NCBI GenBank assembly: GCA_012295275.1
Contig: CM022671.1
Span: 10,478,001-10,542,000 of the forward strand
Direction: 5' to 3'
Source of the DNA: Chrysomallon squamiferum
Taxonomy: Eukaryota; Animalia; Mollusca
DNA: 64,000 bases
Both the position numbers and the translations under genes were made by a program. Of this stretch, positions 52,224 through 64,000 are shown piece by piece (within the stretch, counting starts at the first letter, position 1; every line of letters begins with the position of its first letter). A model generated the notes under the pieces. The model ran no database searches. It had not been told where the DNA came from and was given only the letters and a program-made list of their open reading frames with translations.

Positions 52224-52631
52224 TAATCTGGTCATTTCTAATTCATAAATGTTTCATCTATCTATTAAAAAAACAAAAAACAAAAAACCAGCTCGATGTT
52301 TTTTTTTGTTAATTCTCATGGCTTGCTTCTGTAAAAGAAAACGACAAAAAGATTATAAATATATAATTTTATTCAGCAATATAATTTAAGAAAAACATAT
52401 TTTACATTCGAGTAATTCATTTATATTCAGGAAATAGAATATGTGAACGTTACCTTTTTCATTAACTGTTCGAATTAAACCATATTCAGCTTAAACATGT
52501 TCAAGACATATGTTACTCAGCATATTTACGTTATGCACACATACATATTCACATTGTGCACATATTATACAATATATGTGACATAGTATATTAATAGTAT
52601 GTACACTAAAGATATGACCTGCAAATACTTT
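49220..52631 (-). repeat. Segment B', inverted copy of 9394-11590 with an extra ~730 bp block and an expanded compound repeat
   Basis: Reverse-complement match to 9394-11590; additional sequence at ~51203-51932 and 50361-50875. Confidence 0.92.
50361..50875. repeat. Compound minisatellite [GTACATGCAGTTTCTGTGTT-(ATT)n-(AGT)n], 6 full units plus 1 partial
   Basis: Core at ~50362, 50524, 50598, 50661, 50733, 50804; partial at ~50471. Confidence 0.92.
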
Positions 52632-52792
52632 TGCTATGACAGAAAAAGTTAATATGAAGGACCAAATCATTGGGAATACATTTAGATGAATACCTTCTTT
52701 TTTAATTATTTACATTCACTACATTCGATACATAGACTATTTCGATATTTGTCATATTTGCATACTTTATACGATAAGCGATATCCATACTA

Positions 52793-53456
52793 CAATAATA
52801 CCTCAGATTAAAGATGTAGTTGGTTCCAAATTTCCGATCATTAAGTGAGGTATCGTTAAGCGGGAGATTAATTTACATAGAATTGAGGTTAAAAGCAGTG
52901 GTTACTTTCTCGCTGATGAAATTTCGCATAAAAAAGGTGAAATAACGATAAATAAAATGGCAGTTTAGGCATAACTGATTTAATAGATTATAGATATTAA
53001 GTAAACAGTAAATCATTTACAAATCAATTTATACAAATACATTAAGAAATAATTATATGCTGCTCATTGTGGGTTCATCTTTGTGGGTTTTGGATTCATT
53101 TAAGATAATGTATTTTGTTTCTGAAGTTATTGTCTTCCCATTCTTTTTATCATCAGCATTTGCGATATTCGTTTTGACATATTGGAAGGATAAATTACAA
53201 ACGAGTTTAAGTCTAAATCGAAGCAGAAGAGAAAAGTGAATCAGAATATCAGATGCACCTATGACCTGTCATCTGATCAACACAGCAGACAGAAGCTCGT
53301 GAATGAACGAAAAACAAAAGAAAACAGACTTAAAAACATGCATTGTATCCATTTGTATCATTTATTTCGAGCAATTAACTATTAAATTTCTATTTATATA
53401 ATTTGTAAAAGAAAAAAGGTAGTTAAAGCGGGATATCGTTAAACAAGATATTACTG
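52793..53456. mobile_element. Tc1/mariner-pogo (Tigger-like) MITE
   Basis: TA|CAATAATACCTCAGATTAAAGAT ... ATCGTTAAACAAGATATTACTG|TA; internal repeats GTATCGTTAAGCGGGA / AAGCGGGATATCGTTAA. Confidence 0.55.
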
Positions 53457-55711
53457 TATTCGTACAATAATAATCGTTTTCCAAATAATCTGGAACAGTT
53501 CATTATAATGACTGAGGTAAAACCAAGCATGTAAATAAGACCATTGAACCACATTTAGCCTTTCAACGAAATGGGAATTCTATCAGATGGGAGCAAGCAG
53601 TCCAGGGAATGATCATATATAACAACAGCTTTGATCAATTATGGCTGACCAGGGAGTTGTGGAAAAATTACATTCACTGTGACATACCAACCATCCATTC
53701 TTCCAAGCACCACTGATCATCTTTTTATGTTGACATCTGTTCATCAGTTCTTCTGTCCATCCATCCATCCATCCATCCATTTATCTATTTATTTATTTGC
53801 TTGTAATCCTTCCAGATGAAACATTTTAAGTGTCTCTGGCACTTTAAGTTTAAGAAATGGATTTAACAGCCAATACTATGTTGTCTGTCTAGAAAGTCAT
53901 TAGTTGTACACCTATGTCGTCAGTTATGTTTTTCAAGTGGTCTTAAACCACTGCTTAAAGATAGCTGAGGCTAATAATCAGAGATCCCAGCAGACTACTA
54001 AATGCTGAGCTGCATGATACATCAGTATATTTATGTATACAATTTTACAATCCAAGTTAATGGCAATGAAGTTAAGAGCACAAACAGAGACAGTTCCCTA
54101 TAGTTACAATTGGACTTGTTTGTGTGATGAAAGGTGATCTTGTTTTACAAGTCAGCAGGGAGTGATGAAGCAGGTAAAATGTTATTTATAAAATACTGAT
54201 ATACCCTTACAACATAAACTGGTGACAATTTATTTGAATATACTCTGAAGAATTGTAAGAGAAAACAACTTAGAACAAAGTCAAATTTTAAAGATCATTT
54301 TAAACATATTATGAATATATATAGAATATAATACATTTTGATATAAATATTTCTGAGTTAAATGTGTCTTTCGTAATATTTAATTTTAAATGGATAAGAT
54401 ATCCTGACTAATAACAGATAGAAAGATGTAGAAAAGCAGTAGATTAATGATATTGACATCACTTTTGCCTGAAACCGTGTGTGTGTGTAACATGTAATTT
54501 ATCAAATTAAAAATAGTTCTGTCCCAAAAGGCTACATTTCTGGAAAATATAGAAATTTATCTAGACATGATATCATGTCACTGTTTCTAGTCATTGTAAG
54601 ATAAAATGTGGCATGTAGCCATTTTTGTTATCTGTAACCAATAGTTCATTGACGTATATGATACATACATACCTACTGTGTTATACAAATATACTTTCAT
54701 TTTTATTTCTTGAAGCATACAACAAAATTTAATATTTGTATCTTTTAACAAATCAGGAAGTAATACAAATAAACAGTGTATTAGCTGTTACAATCAAAAT
54801 ATAATAAATACTATAGTAAAACTGTTAACTGTTTATTTATCAGACCGAAGAGACAAAAACAAAAACACAATTACCTCAAGAACACTTGCCTGATTTATTC
54901 CACACCTTGTCATATCTGCTATATCAGTTTTGACATCATAATCCATATAATAAATGGTAACTAAATCTGGCTTACAGATAAAACATCTAAAATAAATGTT
55001 TACATTGGGTTCAGAAAAAATTGTCATTAATATAACTTTAAAATTTAATTACTGATAAAGTATGAGCATAATTTGAAAACAAAATATGTTTTAAAACTGA
55101 TAGATGTGTGTTCCAGGAATAAACTGTTATTGAAATCTACCATTTAAACTTATGAAAAGTATTCTCATATAACTTAATTTTTTTTTTTTTTTTTTTTTTT
55201 TGAATTATGCACTGATCAAAAATTTGTTTGTAAAATGTTTTTTTAAATAAGAGTATAGAAAATGTACCCACATAACTATTTGAAATTAGTTATTGAATAA
55301 TGCACACATAAAATATTGATAATAAAATTTTCATTTTAAATTTACTTCAGATGTATGATGTAAGTAACCCACAATAAACCATTAATAAAACTGTTTGCCT
55401 TTTGTAATCAGTTTATGGATAAAACACCCAGAAAAATTGGTAATAAAATCTACCTTTTAAAATTAGACCTTAGATAAGGTTGGCCATTCTAAATTAGTTT
55501 TTGTATAAGCTAAATATTTTTTATATCCCCTAATTTATTTGACATACAGTTCTTAATTCTGATCAAAGACAGTAAAATATCAAAAAGGCCAGTTCCAGTT
55601 TTCCAGGTAATTTTCAAATTAGAGACTATCCTGTATAAAGGAAGCAATGCATTTATTCAAAGTAGACCGAGTTGTATTTACAACATAACAGAGATGATTT
55701 AGGAGAGAAGA

Positions 55712-57050
55712 AATCTGAAACCATTTTAACTGCTATTTCTCTTTAATCCAAACAGTTGCTGAAATTATTACACTAATTTCATTGTGCAAATAAGACTAAA
55801 TATTACTTCAGACCAATCCAGTGTTGATGTTAATCTGTGCATCAAGACACTTCTGGAAATAATTGAATAAGTATGTATTATTATAATTACAATTTATCGA
55901 ATTGTTACTAACACATTGTATCATAATCTCAAAACAACAAACCTACTTTTCACTCCCAGAAAGGAGAAATGAGACAAAGGGATATTATTAAAATTAAAAA
56001 TAGTAAATAATAATATAAGTGTTATTGCATTGCCTGTGATATTATTGATATATTGGAGATCATGTAAAATTTGGCAGATGTGTTAGAGATCAGCTGCTCA
56101 ATCTCTAACAGACTTACCCATTAACTAAATCTACTTTCAATTCATTGATTTCATTTAGTTAATTTCTTCTTTTTCCTGCGATCTCAAATTTCCTTTTTCT
56201 TGGAGTGGATATTTATTTTTAAAAAGTAATCAGATAAAATGATAAATAAGAATGTAATGAACTTACATTTGAAACAACTTCATTTTTGTGAATGATTCAT
56301 TGTTTCTGGCAATAACTATAACTGTTTTCAACAGTTGTTATCGTAAACATTTATTCATTTATTTCCAGGTATGTCATTCAGACATTTCCGAAATATGATA
56401 ATGTAAACAAAATAAAATTGTGTACCATCAACATTAGTGTAATAGCCTCATAATTAAGTTTATCTTTCAGGAATATAGAGCTTTAGATAATATATTAAAC
56501 TGAATGAGCTGTAGTATATTACTGTATTTGTTGTAATAATTTTTATTTTTATTAACAAAATGTGTGTATAGAAATGGAAAATTAAAAATTAAAAAAATAT
56601 GTAATATATTTATATATATCTGACTGAAATATTAAAATCTAAAATGTTACAAACATAAATAATAATAATAATGATAACAACACTAAGAACATAAGAGAGA
56701 TAGGTTAGGTTATTACAAATTTGAAACCATTTTAACAGATATTTCTCTTTAATGTAAAGAGTTGCTGAAATTATTACACAAATTTGATTATCAAGTAGAA
56801 TTGAATATTACTTCAGATAATCCAGTGTTGATATTAATCTATGCATCATACATTTGTTGTTAGGATTAGTTTTGTAAACTGGCTAAAAGAGAAAATGATA
56901 AATATTAACATGGCTATTGCTAAAGTAAATAAGTTGTAAAAATTATAAACATTGAGCCACAGTCATTAAGATTTAAAATGCACATGGTGTGAAGGAAGCA
57001 GGGAATCGATTCAAAGCAGACTGAGTCGAATTTTCAACATAACAGGCTAA
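55712..57050 (+). repeat. Local repeat family R1 copy; contains the pre-insertion site of the pogo element
   Basis: Inverse of 1672-2555 and continues uninterrupted through the TA run at ~56606-56619. Confidence 0.8.
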
Positions 57051-57745
57051 AGTGAATCCATCGAACTTTTAGAACCATTATGTCAAAGCGTTATCGGTTG
57101 GTTAATGGAACATGTTGTCGTTAGCAATAAGTGTATAATCAAGTATTTGCTATTGTTTTTCCTTTTCAATTCCAACGTAAATGGGTAATAACCAGTAGGC
57201 ATATCGACTCAAAAAAAAAAAAAAAAGAATAAATAAATAAAAATACTCTTTATTTATTTATTTATTTATTTATATATTTATTTATTGTCACATGCATTGT
57301 CATGCAAAAAAAAAAGTATTAATAATAAAAAAAAAAAAATTAAAAAATAAGACAAATAAGAAAATAAAAAAATAATGAAAATAAAGAAATAAGAAATGAA
57401 AAAATTGTAAATAGAATGGGGTTTACTTGCTAAACTTTATTTACAGCAGTGGTTCCCAACCTTTCAAATATAGCGACCCATTTTAGAACAAGCAATCAGG
57501 AAGTGACCCCAATCCTTAAAATATCTTATATATACATTCATTTTTTTGTACAACAAACTGCCATATATTGCGATTATTGAATTATAGATTATTTATTCGT
57601 GAAGTAACTATACATTCCGTAAATTCATGATTAATTTCAATTTTATTCATAAAAAATTCCAAAGCTCCTACAAACATTAATTAATTGCAAATCAATTCAA
57701 CACACAAATTTCCACCGTTATGTAAAGTATGTTTATGAACTGACC

Positions 57746-59529
57746 TTAATGAGATGGCTGGTATTGCAGTTTTTTAGCTAGCAATTCTATCTTGGGCTCC
57801 GTTGTCGATATAGCACACCTCAAGTCATCTTTCACATTTATTTTATTTCGGTATTTGTTTTTAAGGATGAGAAGTTGGGAGAATGCTGCTTCACATAAGT
57901 AAGTTGCTGGGAACGGCAATAAATTCCTTATTGCAATTTCTGATATTACTGGGAATTTTTAGAAACTTTTTTTCCAAAATTCTTGTAGTTGCAGTTCACC
58001 AAACCTTGATTTAGCTTCAAAATTGTTTGTTAAGTCGATGAACTCTTCTTCTGCTGCTTCAGGGACATCAGATACACTGGCATTGAAAGGGTTGATTGTA
58101 AGGGAGAAAGATTTGCAACATTCATCAGGAAAATAACTTCTTATTTGAACAGTAAGATTTTCCAAATGCTCTTGTATCAAGCCATGTAAGTCATCAATGT
58201 TAATTTCATTTGCCGCTTTTTCAACAAATTGGGCAAGTGTTGGGAACATGTATAATTTCTTTTGGTTAATTTTGGTTCATCCAGAGTCCAATTTCATTTT
58301 GAAAGACGATATCTTTTCAGACAAAGATATTATCGTACTTTCCTTACCCTGTAATCCTGTATTATACTATTAAATATCTCAAAAATGTCAACCAGGTATG
58401 CCAATTTGCACAACGTAAATTCATCCGTAAACAATGATTCATATTCGCTTGCATTTTGAGAAGCGAGAAATATTTGCAGCTCTCCTCTCAATTCAAAAAA
58501 TCTCTTCAATGCCTTTCCTTTCAAGAGCCATCTTACCTCTGTGTGAAACAATAGTGCTTCATGCATGGAACCCAAATCTTCAGATAAAACTTAGAAGAGC
58601 CGTGTTGCAAGTGGCCTTGATTTAACAACATTTACTGCTTTAATCACTCGGTTAAGCACTTCTTTGAATGGTTCAGGTAACGTCTTGGTAGCTAATACTT
58701 GTCGATGAATCATGCAGTGAGTCCCAATTACTTCTGGAGTCACTTTTTTAACTAACGGTTGGAAGCCAGACTTACAGCCGAGCATTGCAGGTGCCCCGTC
58801 AGTACAAACTCCACACAATTTCTCCCATTCGATTGAATGTTCTTTGAAGAAATCATCAATTAAATCAAAAATATCAGCAGCAGTAGTTGAAGTTTGCAGA
58901 GGCTTACAAAACAAGAAATCTTCTTTAATTTTTTCATTTTTATAATAACAAACATACACAAGAAGTTGTGCAAAGTTTGTCACATCAGTAGTTTCATCAA
59001 GCTGTATGCTGAACAGCCCAGTTGGAGTTTCTTTTAATTCTTGAGTAATTTGGCATAAAATATCCTCGGACATATCTGTTATCCTTTGTTTTACTGTATT
59101 GTTTGACACGGATAGAGGCGATAATTTATTTACTGCTTCAGGACCGATCATGAGACGTACAATATCTTTGGTGCATGGAAAAATAAGATTCTCAGCTATT
59201 GTGTGTGGTTTTTTAGCATGTGCTATTCTTAATGTAACCGTGTATGAAGCTTCAATGGTGGCTAAATTTTTGTTTTGAAATAATCCACTGCTATCAAGCC
59301 GGCGGCTTTTGACACCAACAACTTTTGCTTTAAAAAAGTCAATACTTTTATCTTTCAAATCAGGGTGCTTAGTTTGGAGATGTCTTTGAAGTTTAGCTGG
59401 TTTCATAGACTCATGAGCAAGAACTTCCAAACATACTACACACTGTGGTCTTTCCACACCTGCAATAACTATGTCAGTGAATCCCCACTTCAAGAAATCA
59501 TCGCTGTACTTTCTCTTTCTTACACTCAT
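57746..59529 (-). pseudogene. Buster-type hAT transposase (ZBED5/SCAND3-like) with a stop and frameshifts
   Basis: BED finger PQCVVC...LQRHLQTKH; FSIQLDETTD; CTDGAPAM; HCMIHR; HTEVRWL; FPATYLCEAAFS; ends YQPSH*. In-frame TAA at 58591-58593; frameshifts near 58350, 58275 and 57960. Confidence 0.95.
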
Positions 59530-59610
59530 TTTTAAAGGGTTTAGAATCACTCAAACAAAACTAACTACGTGTCACTGCAAGTGCGAGTACAACACTAGGT
59601 AAGTGGGAGG

Positions 59611-59849
59611 CAGTGTTGCCAGATGGCTCATACAGAAATCGGCTAGAACTAGCTTTGAAAATGGCTAAAAACTGGCTAGACTTAATAGTAAATGGCTAAA
59701 GAAAACGGCTAAATTTATCTGTGCATTTTTATGAATGGTTTCTCAAGTATTCTTACAAAAAATCTAGCCACTAAATGAAAAAAAATTTCGGCCAGATGCT
59801 GCCAAATTTGGCTAAATCTAGCCGGAAATCAGCTAATTTGGCAACACTG
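59611..59849. mobile_element. 239 bp MITE with 8 bp TSD (hAT-like) nested in the 5' UTR of the Buster element
   Basis: GTGGGAGG|CAGTGTTGCCA ... TGGCAACACTG|GTGGGAGG; internal reiterated GGCTA(A/G) motifs. Confidence 0.95.
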
Positions 59850-62129
59850 GTGGGAGGAGTGACAGTGGTGGCGCGACCAAAACAAAACAGAAACTAAACA
59901 TGTTCAATACTGGCTCAGACGTTGTGTTGAGTGACTTAGGGAACTGTTACATTTAGTTTCATAGTATGAATTTTTATAACTGTCTTAATATGTTTTTCAC
60001 CGTGTTTTATATAATATTCACATTCGGCTCAAAATCAATTAACGACTCCATGGCATTGGTGTCACGACCCCATTTGGGGTCGAGGCCCACAGGTTGGGAA
60101 CCACTGATTTACAGTCATTATTTCATTTTGCTTTAGTTTAATTTTTATTTCTTTTGAAAAATCTCTTATATACAAACCCCTCAAAATTGTTCACCCAATA
60201 ATTTAGAATTAATGTTCTGTCACCAAACTGTAATCAGGTCCATCAATGAAGTTTCATGGTGTGAACCAAACAAAACAAGCAAGGTAACTCCTACCCAGTA
60301 TATCAGAATTGGTCTATTTGCACATACATAATGCACACCTTAATATATTAATTCAGAATGGTCTACTTTGATTATAAAATGATAAGAAAATAACACAGAC
60401 ATTTGTTTTAAAACCATTTATTTTGACATAATTTCACATGAATATATAGTTTAAATAGTTGAAATACAGAATTTATATTTAGTAAATGGAATATAAAGTT
60501 ATTTCTGTAAAGGTATCAGCGAAGTTATATTCATGGAAAATATTGCATCATAAATATCAGTAAAACAATTTCCGTCATGACAAATGGTTGGCTTCGTTTT
60601 TTTGTTTTTATCTTTTATTGTATAAAATAATTTTCATTATTATTATTATTTTTATTATTATTATTATTATTAAGAAAGTTCCGTCTAAACTTTTGGTTAA
60701 TCTGTCAGCAAATAAAAAAAAATTCTTTTAAACAGTCCTTTGATGAATGTAAATACAATAACACAAGGGTATGAAAACAACATGTAGCTAAATTAGAAAG
60801 TAATAAAATTACTGTTATTTTTGGTGATTACAATCAGGAGGATCATTTTTGTATCAGTGCATTTCAGTTAAATTCTCAACATAGATTATGTAGATATTAG
60901 AACTAAATTCTGAAGAAACATATAATACAATGCCTGAATAAACTTTTTGAACTCAGAAATTGTCTGACGGTGTTAATAATGAGGTCATCTGGAATACATA
61001 ATGATCTTCAGTTATCTGCTACACAGATTGAACACTCACAATCTGAAATATATGACAATTTCAAGCATTAAAAGACTATTATATATATTCATATCTTATC
61101 ATTCTTTAAAGAACATCTGCAAACTGAAAAACAACACATCATCACAAAGAACTTTTGCTTCAGGCAGTTTACAATTTTCAAAATGTGTTCCAGAAAACCC
61201 CAAGAAACAAACCATAAAGAATATATCCAAATTCCTCCCTCAAAACCCCCCAAAAAACAAAAACAAAACAACAACAAAATAATAGAAATAAGAATTACTT
61301 CAAAAACAAATAAGACTAAGAAACAAAATAATAATTAAGTGAATTTTAAAGAACTCAAATCAAATAAATAAATAAATAAATAAACCAAAATGGCTTCTCA
61401 TTTGGGGTTATTGTATTCAGAAAAACACTTACCAGTGTAAATTTAAACAGTTCCAAAATATAACTGATCATTTATGGTCATTCTCATCCTAGCTTACTCA
61501 GTTTAACATGTAACGCAATGCTTTTTGAACAGAATTGGATACTTGTAACCTACTTACAAATGTTTCATGTTATTCAACATACAAAATAATTTAAATCAAC
61601 GTGGTTGTCTATTTCAGGTAGATCCTTCATTGACCTTAAAGAATTTCAAATAAAATGCAAAGTATTTTGAATTGCTTTAGGAAATGGAAACATATATTAG
61701 TGATTTAGTAGACAAAAATGTATAAAGTATAATGCAAGATGCTCTTAATTTCAGATTATTTGAAATACATCTAATTATAAACTTCCAGAAAAACAATGAA
61801 TCTAATCAATGGGCACTTTAATACTTTTGTTAAATTGTAAAATTATGCCTTTGTTACTAATAATTAGCTAATGGCACACACCTGTTTGTTTCAACAAATT
61901 ATGTTTAGCTATCATGACACTCAAGTGTTAAATAATGGGGTTTTTTTCATTTTCTACCTGGAGAGCTTATGAAAAACGAACTTCAAATTAATCAGTACAG
62001 ACTATATGTGAAAATACATTTAAATAATAATAATAATAATAATTACAGAAATGTAACGCATGTCAACATGAAATTCCCTGCTGGAATCTGATTCATGTGA
62101 TAATAACTCTTACTTTTGCAATTAACTTT

Positions 62130-64000
62130 ATTTGATTTTAAAAGAAAAAATTTGTTTTCTGTTAAGATAATGCAGTATTTCTTTAACAGTTTCATGTCTG
62201 TATAAAAATAAATTTGGATATTTAGGAATACACTTATTAGTTAAAATACCTTTTGCTACAGCACAAACACATACTCTTCAGCTACTGGTATCAGATTGTG
62301 TGGGAAAACCTGGCATTTCAGAGTAATTAACAAAAAAACACAGAGTGGTATTTAATGGTTTTCCATAATACATCTTATGTTCCAACATTAAATACCTGAA
62401 CATATGAAAAATGATTTCATTATTTTTGCTCCCAAATGAATTGCAGTAGCTCAGTACTTTTTTAGATATGTCTACTACTATTATGTCCAATGAGTGTTTC
62501 TTTCATTCAAAGGTACAACAACATATTTATAATCAAACCATCTTTTACTTTTACTTTCTGCAACGTGAAATGTCCATCTAGGTTGATCTCTATCACCATT
62601 AACTAAAATCTTCTGACTGAACCAACCACATTCTACCATGTGATTATTTTGATTTTTCAGTTGTTTTTATAGTACAGACATGAATACATTAATGTGGCTA
62701 CTATTAAGGCAGCAATCATGTTGAAGAATATTGTTTAAGAAATCTGCATTTACTGTTCTACCATCAATTTCAGTGCTAACAACATATTCCAGTGTTTGCT
62801 TCTTTATTGGATTATAATCAGTGAGGAGCTCTGTTTGTTTCTTAATCAATTTTTTCTTACTAAAATGTAAGGTCTCTGATGATACTCTGTTTATTATATT
62901 TTTGTTGTAAAATAATAACAGTGATCTGCATGTTTGTAAATCTGTTACATTTATGTCATTTACAGGTTTCATTTCACCATTTTTTACTTCCATTTTTAGT
63001 AAACTGTCACCATCACAACAAACAAGAATCCATTCTCCATTCTTTTCTGCCACAAGTGAATTTATCTTATATGATGTTCCATCAACAATTGTGGCAGTCT
63101 TGACATCATGTAATGCTATTTGGTTAATCGCCTTGTGTCTAACACTTGTACAATCTGATATATTAACAATTAAAGTCTTTGGTAAACTTGTTACAAACAC
63201 AAGAAAACTGTTTTCATATCGTGCACAATTACCTTCATCATGTTTATTTGCTCTCATATGTTTAGTGACTTCCTGATTAGAAATGTTTCAACTTGAACGG
63301 TGAAAACAGTGTCAGAACATACATACTTTTCATTACATTTATAATAGTTCAAACCAAGTGTTTCAAAATTCTCTGCAATAGTCAGTTTATATGGTTTAAA
63401 TACAAGTATAAAAATTCACATGGGTTTATAACACTGAAATGTTTTTCCTATTTTTCTATTTTGTGCCAAATATTTATTTTGATGTCCTTTTCTATTTTCT
63501 TGGTGTATTTATCAGATACAAACACTGAATTATCCTGGAACTAGAACAAATATTGCTATTTTTTAAAGCCTTGAAACCATTGCTTATGCACAATGCATTA
63601 ATAACAGATTCAGTATATAATGGCAAATGTTTGTCTACTCTCTCACAGAATAACATGTAGCATGTATGATTAAAGTTGTCAGTTGAAAAAGACAGAGAAT
63701 TATCATCACATGAAACAAACTGATGTTCAATAAGTGTGGTATAGCGACCTCCGTGACAGGAATCTCCATGATGACAGACAATACTCTTCAGCTGATATTG
63801 AATTTCTGCTTTTTCTGCATTTTTACTCTGATCGTTACATTTTATGAACAAATTGTGAGGAATATGAATATAATTTGAATTTTTTCTCACTGTCTCTGAT
63901 TTAATAGAATTGTCAAATAACTGTTGCACAGAACTGTGGCCCATTGCATCAAGGTGACATGTTATGAAATGCTCATAATTATTCTCACTGAATGTTGTTG
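62130..64000 (-). pseudogene. Second, inverted copy of the NOF-like USP-Ulp1 gene; retains the whole Ulp1/C48 core and runs off the window
   Basis: 64000-62513 is the reverse complement of 7461-8953. It continues WFDYKYVVVPLNERNTHWT/IVVDISKKVLSYCNSF...PTQSDTSS*RVCVC, matching C48 H-W..D...Q..CG, with TGA (62278-62280) at the catalytic Cys position. Confidence 0.88.

Larger units (their letters stand above)
57447..60106 (-). mobile_element. Full-length hAT Buster/Charlie element (2660 bp)
   Basis: 16 bp TIR CAGTGGTTCCCAACCT / AGGTTGGGAACCACTG; perfect 8 bp TSD ATTTACAG (57439-57446, 60107-60114) with the central TA typical of Buster elements. Confidence 0.97.

Overview
AT-rich, microsatellite-laden animal DNA, probably from a marine invertebrate such as a mollusc (inferred only from repeat types). 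I found no intact host gene. The window is a mosaic of: (1) a DD35D pogo (Passer/POGK-like) transposon and its MITE; (2) two inverted, inward-facing decayed copies (~3.8-9.0 kb on +, 62.1-64.0 kb on -) of a NOF/Mutator-like gene fused to both a USP (C19) deubiquitinase and a Ulp1/SENP (C48) deSUMOylase domain; (3) an intron-containing, exon-deleted Piwi (PIWIL2/Ago3-like) pseudogene at 11.7-15.7 kb, starting ~120 bp inside the inner edge of the left inverted arm; (4) an RNase H-bearing I-group LINE, RTE and SINE remnants, a complete-ended hAT/Buster element with a nested MITE, and several other MITEs with readable TIRs and TSDs; (5) local repeat families, an AB higher-order tandem array, and an orientation-switching dispersed motif. 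The best lead is the overall layout: inverted arms carrying transposase-USP-ULP genes enclosing a ~37.6 kb core that holds a captured Piwi fragment. This could be a foldback-like composite element, an anti-silencing cargo system or a piRNA-cluster-like locus. All protein family calls are motif recognition by eye; no searches were run.
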